Assembly: GCA_963663805.2 (NCBI GenBank)
Contig: CAXXMR010000013.1
Span: forward strand, 1-64,000
Direction: 5' to 3'
Source: Sedimentisphaerales bacterium
GTDB lineage: Bacteria; Planctomycetota; Phycisphaerae; Sedimentisphaerales; SM23-30
Length of the DNA: 64,000 nt
The notes below the pieces were generated by a model. It searched no databases. It worked only from the letters and a program-made list of their open reading frames with translations, and had not been told where the DNA came from. Position 1 is the stretch's first letter, and every line of letters begins with the position of its first letter. Made by a program: the position numbers and the translations under genes. Below, piece after piece: positions 57,258-64,000 of the stretch.

Positions 57258-57824
57258 ATGAAGAAGTTTGCATTTATAGCTATGGTTCTCATGGCGGCAA
57301 CGGGCGCCTGGGCGGGCGCCACCTCTGGTGATGCCACCGCTCATTTGTTTGTCGATGTCAATCCCACCATCGCGGTGGGTGTTGATGCCGGTTCTGCTCA
57401 TGTCGACCTGGGCACTATGACCACAGGTGATCAATCCGCGGTAGCGATTTTCACCATACATGCCAATCTGGAGTCGGTCAACATTCAGGTAATGGCCACC
57501 GACCTCTTTAAGGGCGATGTATACAGCAGTCCTTATAAGATTCTGCTGAAAAGGGCCGCTGAAGACGGTGCTCTCGTTGAGCCCGACAACGGCAACGCAA
57601 TGGACGGTCACGGCAATATGCTCGGCTGGGAGCCAAGTCCCAGTGTCGATACTATTGACGGTATGACCCTATGGCAAACTGAAATTTGGGCCTTCGAAAG
57701 TGGCAGCAATGGCAATTTCAGCCAGGATGTCACAGTAACGGTTGAATATACCAACAGCGACGATGAACTGCCGCAGGGGGAATATAGCGGGTATATGAAA
57801 ATCGTGGCCTCGATCGGCCCCTAA
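57258..57824 (+). CDS. Putative major pilin/fimbrial subunit
   Basis: Strong AAAGGAG RBS, signal peptide (AWA), C-terminal LPQGEYSGYMKIVASI; upstream of chaperone and usher. Confidence 0.65.
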   Translation: MKKFAFIAMVLMAATGAWAGATSGDATAHLFVDVNPTIAVGVDAGSAHVDLGTMTTGDQSAVAIFTIHANLESVNIQVMATDLFKGDVYSSPYKILLKRAAEDGALVEPDNGNAMDGHGNMLGWEPSPSVDTIDGMTLWQTEIWAFESGSNGNFSQDVTVTVEYTNSDDELPQGEYSGYMKIVASIGP

Positions 57825-58049
57825 ACATGACGACGGCCAGAAAGCCGCATCGTCTGTGACGCATAATGCCAGTCACGTTTTTATTATGCGTAAATACAAA
57901 CAACACCCCCAAACGCGTAGCGAAAACCGAACGGCGCAAGGGCATGTTGCCCAAACAGGAGCCGAGCCGCGCAAGCGGCCGGATTGAACACCAAAACCCG
58001 TTATTTTCAGCTGTTGTTCGAAGTTTAAGATTTTTATTTTTAGTATCGT

Positions 58050-58120
58050 TGTAACCGTTCACGGCTTTTTTCATAAAACACCCCGAAGGGGCGAAAGAAA
58101 ACTAACCATGAACGGTTACA
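58050..58120. repeat. 71-bp MITE-like palindrome with 15-bp terminal IRs
   Basis: TGTAACCGTTCACGG / CCATGAACGGTTACA (14/15 match) with an internal CCCCGAAGGGG hairpin. Confidence 0.65.
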
Positions 58121-58269
58121 TCCTATTAAAATCAAGTACCCAACAAAGCGTTGCCGTTAAGTTAAAAATCTGCGTAATCCGCGGTTAAAAAAATTGTTGC
58201 CGTTAGCCGTTTAACAAAAAAGTAAATCCCTTAATCTTGTCAAAATATTTCGTTTGGGAAAAGTAAAAT

Positions 58270-59190
58270 ATGCAGAAACAATTATTAACCCGGCAGAAAG
58301 TGCTTACTGTCGTAATGAATAATGTGTTCGCACTGCTGCTGTTGACGGCGGTGTGCGCTTCTCCGGTTTGGGCCGACGTGAGTATCGAACCTGCCTATGT
58401 CGAAGTCGCTCTGGACAATGGCCGACCGGCCGGCAGATTCCTCATCTCCAATCTCGGCGACCAGGAAGAACGTTATCGTATCAACGCCATTCATTTTACC
58501 AATACCCCCACCGGCGGAATCAATCAGTCCGCCACCGGAGATAATTCGCTGGCGACCTGGATTCATTTCAATCCGAGAGAACTTACCATCGCTCCCAAAA
58601 CTCAGCGGGCGGTGCGTTTTGCGATAGTGCCCCGCGGCAAACTTCAGCCGGGCGAATACTGGGCCGCAATGGAACTCGAATCACTAAACGTTACCATCGC
58701 CGAAAACGAGGACGACAAAGGCCGCAAAGTCAAACTCCGGGTCGTGCCTACGATTATGGTACCGATGTTCGGCACTTATGGCGATGTCAGCTACAAAGGA
58801 ACCCTCGATGCGCCGACATTGGAGGTTAATCCGCAGGGTGTTTATCTTAAGACCACTTTGGAAAATCAGGGCACCGGCCGAATCGGGGCCAAGTGCCGTT
58901 TCGAGGTCATTGACAACCAGGGCCAGGCACTTATCGAAGAGCCGCTGGGCCGGGCCTATGTGCTGCGGGACGCTCATCGGATTTTCACCAAGGCCTTTCA
59001 CCCTGAAGACCTGCCCGCCGGTGAGTACAAGTTCAGGATCATCTGCAATGCCGAACATCTTACCGAACCGCTGGTCAGTCAGGCCCTGATTCACTGGCCC
59101 CCGCCTGAGAAGGCCATTCGGGAGAGTTCCCCTGCCGCCGCTGCTGATGCTAACGCGGACTTGACCAGCCCCGTGTCCCGGAACCGGTAA
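58270..59190 (+). CDS. PapD-like fimbrial assembly chaperone
   Basis: VSIEPAYVE, ISNLG, WIHFNPRELTIAPKTQRAVRF, GEYWA, LENQGTG. Confidence 0.8.
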   Translation: MQKQLLTRQKVLTVVMNNVFALLLLTAVCASPVWADVSIEPAYVEVALDNGRPAGRFLISNLGDQEERYRINAIHFTNTPTGGINQSATGDNSLATWIHFNPRELTIAPKTQRAVRFAIVPRGKLQPGEYWAAMELESLNVTIAENEDDKGRKVKLRVVPTIMVPMFGTYGDVSYKGTLDAPTLEVNPQGVYLKTTLENQGTGRIGAKCRFEVIDNQGQALIEEPLGRAYVLRDAHRIFTKAFHPEDLPAGEYKFRIICNAEHLTEPLVSQALIHWPPPEKAIRESSPAAAADANADLTSPVSRNR

Positions 59191-59198
59191 GGTGTGGT

Positions 59199-62100
59199 GT
59201 GGTGTGTCGTGATACAGCCGGGAAACTGCCGATAGCGGTTTTTCTGACAGCGGTTATTTGTATTATAAATCTTGACATATGGGCACAACCGGCTGACACC
59301 GAGACTGTCCTGCCGCCCGACGAACAGTTCGCACCCGATTCGCCCACCGCTCCGGAAGCTCGCGTTCAGGAATTGGTGGGTTTTCTTTTGCGCGGCCAAC
59401 GACGGCTGGACCGACTGACAATTAATGACCTGGACACGATTGTAAATGGCGAAAATCTGCGGTATCTGCCCCTGCTACGCCTGCTGGACGCGCTCAAGGT
59501 GCCGGTTAAAGAGGAAATTCAGAGCTATACCTTCGCCCCTGAAGGTGTTGGTACGGTTATGCTGAACCTGAAGGAAAAAGCTCTGACAATCAATTCCCAG
59601 ACTCGCCCGATTGTGTTTTTGCAGGCCACTTCTTTGATAACGCTCAAGCCGGATATTTTTCTGCGGGTTGCCGACATCGCGGAAATTCTGGATATGGATT
59701 TAGTCTGGGATAATTCGCTGTATGAATATCATGTCGATATCGACCGTAAGCTGAGCATCTGGAAAAGAGCCAGTGCCACCGCTGACTTTCGCAAGATTAA
59801 GGCTTTATATGTACCGGCGAACCTGCCGGAGCTGCTCGGCCCAGCCCAGTGCAGCGAGTCTATAGTGCAGTTTGTTGAAAATAATTTTCGGGCGGGCTGG
59901 GACTTTCGGCCTGATGCCCAAGAGGCCGCGTCGACGCATATAGTTAATATTTCCGGTCCGCGAACCACGCTTTATGGTGCTGTCGCTAAATCGCAATATA
60001 AGCTGGATTTTTCGTTGCGGTCGGGTTTGTGGGATAATCAGGATTCCTGGCAATGGAACGACCCGGATGATTCGGTGATTACAATTAACCGTGCGGAAAT
60101 GCTCTGGCGGCTGGACAAAGCTGAAATTGCTGTGGGTGATTCGACAGTCGGCATTGGCGAGCTGATTTTTCCGGTGACGGATATTTTTGGCGTGCGGATT
60201 AACGGCCTGGCAGGTTTTTCGCTGGACGAGTTGGAAGATGACATATCTGAGATGGGCATAAATTCTTATTTCAACAAGCCTTATGATTTTGAAGGCACCG
60301 CGCCGGCAGGAGCGACAGTTGAGTTGTATTTGAACGACCGGGTAATCGCCACCGAGGAGGTTCTGCCGGAAGAAGACCTGCCGCCGGGTTTTGGCAGTTA
60401 TTTGTTTGAGGATATTCGATTGCCGGGCGGGATTCTCAATGAAATCGAGATTGTGATAACCGATTTGAACGGTCAGCAGACCCGACTGCAAAAAAATATC
60501 ATCGGCGGCCCGTCGCTTCTGCCCAAAGGCAAAGCCGCCTACCTTGCCGCAGCAGGTACCAGGCGGGATTTGGGGATTGCTACGAGCTCTGGGGTTGAAA
60601 TCGGCAAGACACTGGGCCGAATCACAGCAGGTCGGTTCCTTTACGGTCTGACCGACAGGCTTACTGTGGGGACCATGCTGGCCTGGCAGGATGATTATCA
60701 TCGACCGGAGAGTCAGGAGGTTTCAGATTTACGTCCGCGGGCTTTGCCGGAGTCCAGCAGTCATGCCGGGGGGATGTTTTCGTTTTTGCCGGTGGATAAC
60801 GTATTGCTATCAGGTGATTTAGCGTTTAGCCGGGGCGAGGGGAAAAGCGAATATGATGATTTTGCTTTTCGTTCGACGGTTGAGTATATGCCGCGACGGG
60901 ATTTGACATTTAAGGCGGATTATCTGAATTTTGGTTCGGATTATTTTGATGGTCAGAATTGTGATGCTCGTGACCGTCGGGCCGGTGCGATGGGAGTGAT
61001 TTGGCGGCTGGGTCGGCTGGGGAATCTGGAAGGTTATCTTGGAAACGTTAAGAACAATCTGGATAACGAGTTAGACGAAACTCTTCAGGCGGACTATCAG
61101 AGTCTGATTTTGCGTTCTTCGGTATTACCGAAGACTTCAGTGACGGTTGAATTTGACCGGCTGGTGCCGAACTGGGGTTCGGGTCAGAAGAATCTGACGA
61201 CAATTAAGGTTCGTTCTACGCCGCGGCGTGATTTAGATATTTTTGGTCAGATTTCGACGGGCAATGATTTGGCTGAGGATTCTCGTCGGGAGCTGTTTTC
61301 AGGGCTGAAATTGCCTGGTTTGATAGATTTTGATTCTCCGTCCCAGTACTGGACGGTCCGCAAGCAATTGCCTCGTAATAATAGTCTGGCGTTTACTTAT
61401 TCGCAGACGGGCGGGGATGAGGAGTTGATTCTGACGCATGATGTTTCGGTTAAGGTCGGTAACAGCTTGAGGTTACGGACCGAGGCGGTCAAGGATTTGA
61501 GTACGGATGTGGGGGCGGAGCAATACTCTTACCGGCATCGTGCGGCTTATTTTCTGGATGAGCGGGGTAATAATCGAGTTGGTTTTGAGTGTGAGTATGA
61601 AGATCGCGAATGGGAGTTAATGTTTTACATAAGTTTACGTGATTTGTTCGCATGTCACGAGGGGCGGCTGGTTCGGGCGGATACCCGTCGGGTGAGGACG
61701 ACGGCGGGCGCGGTTAATGGGGTGGTTTTTGTGGATATTAACGCCAACGGGGTTCGGGATGCGCAAGAGCCGCCATTGGAAGGTGTTACGGTGCGGATGG
61801 GTAAGGTTTCGGCTGCGGTTACGGATAATCAGGGTTATTATATTCTGCCGGCTCCTTACAGCACGCGTCAGGTGCGGGTGTTCCTGGATTTGGAAAGCGT
61901 ACCGGCGGTATATTCTGTAAGCCACGGTACACAAATGGCTAATATTCTGCCGGGTTGTCTGACGGAGGTTAATCTGGGGGTTTCGCCGCTGATTTCTGTT
62001 TCGGGGCGGGTTATTGCGGAAATCGCGGGTGAGGATTCGCGAAATGTGGCGGGTCTGCGGATGGTTCTGACGGAGTTTGAGAGCGGAAAGTTTGGGGGCG

Positions 62101-62291
62101 ATTCGGTAACTGCTCGTGACGGCAGCTTTTATATCGGAGACATTAGGCCGGGGCGGTATCGTTTGGCGGTTGATAAGAACACTTTGAGCAGTGACTATAT
62201 GATTGATGAGCATGAGCGGATAATCGAGGTGATGCCGACGGAGGAGTTTGCGGAGATGGTGGTCGATGATTTTCTGGCGCAGTTAAGGTGA
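59199..62291 (+). CDS. Atypical usher-like outer-membrane protein with C-terminal SdrD-B/carboxypeptidase-regulatory-like domains
   Basis: GTAPAGATVELYLN plug-like motif, SLLPKGK, YGLTDRLTVG, beta-strand-rich body, GVVFVDINANGVRD.QEP, GSFYIGDIRPGRY. Confidence 0.75.
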   Translation: MVCRDTAGKLPIAVFLTAVICIINLDIWAQPADTETVLPPDEQFAPDSPTAPEARVQELVGFLLRGQRRLDRLTINDLDTIVNGENLRYLPLLRLLDALKVPVKEEIQSYTFAPEGVGTVMLNLKEKALTINSQTRPIVFLQATSLITLKPDIFLRVADIAEILDMDLVWDNSLYEYHVDIDRKLSIWKRASATADFRKIKALYVPANLPELLGPAQCSESIVQFVENNFRAGWDFRPDAQEAASTHIVNISGPRTTLYGAVAKSQYKLDFSLRSGLWDNQDSWQWNDPDDSVITINRAEMLWRLDKAEIAVGDSTVGIGELIFPVTDIFGVRINGLAGFSLDELEDDISEMGINSYFNKPYDFEGTAPAGATVELYLNDRVIATEEVLPEEDLPPGFGSYLFEDIRLPGGILNEIEIVITDLNGQQTRLQKNIIGGPSLLPKGKAAYLAAAGTRRDLGIATSSGVEIGKTLGRITAGRFLYGLTDRLTVGTMLAWQDDYHRPESQEVSDLRPRALPESSSHAGGMFSFLPVDNVLLSGDLAFSRGEGKSEYDDFAFRSTVEYMPRRDLTFKADYLNFGSDYFDGQNCDARDRRAGAMGVIWRLGRLGNLEGYLGNVKNNLDNELDETLQADYQSLILRSSVLPKTSVTVEFDRLVPNWGSGQKNLTTIKVRSTPRRDLDIFGQISTGNDLAEDSRRELFSGLKLPGLIDFDSPSQYWTVRKQLPRNNSLAFTYSQTGGDEELILTHDVSVKVGNSLRLRTEAVKDLSTDVGAEQYSYRHRAAYFLDERGNNRVGFECEYEDREWELMFYISLRDLFACHEGRLVRADTRRVRTTAGAVNGVVFVDINANGVRDAQEPPLEGVTVRMGKVSAAVTDNQGYYILPAPYSTRQVRVFLDLESVPAVYSVSHGTQMANILPGCLTEVNLGVSPLISVSGRVIAEIAGEDSRNVAGLRMVLTEFESGKFGGDSVTARDGSFYIGDIRPGRYRLAVDKNTLSSDYMIDEHERIIEVMPTEEFAEMVVDDFLAQLR

Positions 62292-62305
62292 TATATTACA
62301 GTAAG

Positions 62306-63277
62306 TTAGAATTTTTTCTTATATATGTGGCAGTATGGTGAAGTTCCTTTGTGCTGATAGTAGTCTTGATGGTAATCTTCAGCGGGATAGAAAACTCCGG
62401 CGGGGGTGATTTTGGTTTTTATATCGTAACCTTTTTCTTTTAAGATGTTTATAAGTTCTTCGGCAGTTTGTTTTTGCTGGTCGTTCAGGTAGAAAATCTC
62501 GGAGCGGTATTGAGTGCCGATGTCTGGGCCTTGCCGGTTGAGCTGGGTGGGGTCGTGGGTTTCGAAGAAGAGGATGGTTAAATCCCGGTATGATATAACT
62601 TTAGGGTCGTAGGTTACTTCTGTGCATTCGGCGTGGCCAGTCTGGCCGGTGCAGACTTGCTGGTAGGTGGGATTTTCGGTAGGGCCGCCGGTGAAGCCGA
62701 CGGTAGTTGATATAACTCCTTTTGCTTTCTGGAGATAGTATTCAGTTCCCCAGAAGCAGCCGGAGGCGAAGAGGGCTTTTTCATTTTCGGGAGTGAAATT
62801 GAGGGAGATGGAGTTGACGCAGTAGCGTTTGTTTTTTTCTGTAAACCCTTCTCCGGTAAAGAGATGACCGAGGTGGGCGTCACATTTAGAGCAAGTGATT
62901 TCGGTGCGGATTCCGTCGGGGTCGGGTGATTTGGTGACGGCGTTGGGGATTTCGTCATCGAAGCTGGGCCAGCCGCAGTCGGATTTGAATTTGCTGGTAT
63001 GGTAAAACAGTGGGGCTCCGCAGCGTTTACAGTTGTAAGTTCCTTCCTCAAAATAATTAACATATTCTCCGGTGAATGGTCGTTCGGTGCCTTTATGGAT
63101 GATTATCCGTTCTTCTTCGGGGGTTAGGGGGTTATACATGGGTTCGGCCTTTGCGGTTTTTAGGGTTTGGGTAGTTTGGGGTTCCTGTTTTTCGCATCCG
63201 GGGAAAATGGCCAGGAGTGGAAAAAATATTAGTGCCGTACCTATAATTGGCCAAATGGGTCTGCTTTGAGTATTCAT
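62306..63277 (-). CDS. msrAB: Exported MsrB-MsrA fusion peptide-methionine sulfoxide reductase
   Basis: FPGC lipobox; KGTERPF, CGWPSF, HLGHLF, RYCVNS (MsrB); GCFWG, GTQYRS, AEDYHQDY (MsrA). Confidence 0.95.
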   Translation of the reverse strand: MNTQSRPIWPIIGTALIFFPLLAIFPGCEKQEPQTTQTLKTAKAEPMYNPLTPEEERIIIHKGTERPFTGEYVNYFEEGTYNCKRCGAPLFYHTSKFKSDCGWPSFDDEIPNAVTKSPDPDGIRTEITCSKCDAHLGHLFTGEGFTEKNKRYCVNSISLNFTPENEKALFASGCFWGTEYYLQKAKGVISTTVGFTGGPTENPTYQQVCTGQTGHAECTEVTYDPKVISYRDLTILFFETHDPTQLNRQGPDIGTQYRSEIFYLNDQQKQTAEELINILKEKGYDIKTKITPAGVFYPAEDYHQDYYQHKGTSPYCHIYKKKF

Positions 63278-63407
63278 CGCATTCTCCTTTATATCAGCTA
63301 CTTACATTATAGGCTGGTCAGGCGGGAGGGTAGCGAGTTTTTTTCTAAAAAAAACGGCGGGTGGATTTGACTATTAGGATTTACACCTATATCGTAATGT
63401 GTACGGA

Positions 63408-63478
63408 TAAGGGATGAAGAAGGCAAGAGGGATGAGGGATGAGTGGACGGGAACCGCTTACTGACGTACGCGGCTCTG
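63408..63478 (+). repeat. Composite repeat copy (heptamers + ACCGCTTACTGACGTACGCGGCTCTG)
   Basis: Matches the corresponding modules of 6412-6503 and 7850-7946. Confidence 0.85.
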
Positions 63479-63711
63479 AAAGTGAAGAAGGCAAGAAGTT
63501 ATGCGGTGATTTGGGTTGTAAGTGCTGTTTTTAGGCAGGCTAAAATGTCGTAAGTCTTTATTTTTTTGGCGTTATCGACTCTTTTTGAGTTGAAATATGA
63601 GCGCGGTTATGCCTGAGACGACCGTTTTTTGCGAATTTTTGAGCGTTTTTTTTGATTTTTGAATGATTTTTTGAAGCTTTTTAACGTTTTTTGAGCGTTT
63701 AAGGTGAGTAT

Positions 63712-64000
63712 TTGAACGACCGAGGGCAACAATCCGGGCGGCTAAGCCGCGAGGAACGGCTGGCGAAGTTCCGTGAGATTTGTGCGGGGTCGGGCCTGAG
63801 AATTACGCCGCAGCGGGTAGCAATATATGAATCTCTGCTGGAAATGGAAAGTCATCCTTCGGCGGAGCAGGTTTTGAAAAAAGTTCGTGAGAAATTTTCA
63901 AATATTTCACTGGATACCGTGAACCGAACACTGTTAACATTGTGCTCGATGGGTCTTTGTTCGACGTTGGAAGGTTCGGGTGATGCCCGGCGTTTCGATG
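63712..64000 (+). CDS. Fur/PerR-family transcriptional regulator (runs off the window; absent from the ORF track)
   Basis: TTG start after AAGGTGAG; GLRITPQRVAIY...HPSAEQV...ISLDTVNRTL...RRFD. Confidence 0.9.
   Translation, partial: MNDRGQQSGRLSREERLAKFREICAGSGLRITPQRVAIYESLLEMESHPSAEQVLKKVREKFSNISLDTVNRTLLTLCSMGLCSTLEGSGDARRFD

Noticed and set aside
45600..59500. Replication terminus suggested by weakened G/T skew
   Set aside because: Skew returns with the same sign after ~60.7 kb, so no replichore switch; better explained by relocated or inverted segments.

Overview
A 64-kb bacterial chromosomal window with strong G+T skew on the + strand. It is most consistent with a Planctomycetota (Phycisphaerae/Sedimentisphaerales-like) genome, inferred from dockerin-like tails ending in WL, PEP-CTERM proteins, GLUG proteins and an H-X9-DG-like domain. 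Core genes include rtcB, rnc, glnS, yggS, accA, tyrA, purL/purQ, recJ, arfB, rsmE, msrAB, a Fur/PerR regulator and tRNA-Pro(UGG), plus sugar enzymes (GH2, GH29, GalK-like) and a hybrid histidine kinase. Many homopolymer frameshifts, densest at 34.9-37.4 kb, look like long-read consensus errors. Accessory content: (1) a modular dispersed repeat family whose AAAAATGTACC(G/T)GACACC motif brackets foreign cargo at two loci, namely a GLUG-dockerin gene beside a remnant of a REP-associated Y1 (HUH) transposase, and an array of clipped IS3, orphan-gene and Rhs toxin-tip fragments flanked by a 13-bp direct repeat. This is the best candidate for an undescribed REP/HUH-driven cassette-capture system. 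(2) An atypical chaperone-usher-like pilus cluster with a structured leader. (3) An intact IS4-family element with 26-bp IRs and a 9-bp TSD. (4) A decayed island at tRNA-Pro fused to a truncated kinase. All product calls come from motif recognition by eye; no database searches were run.
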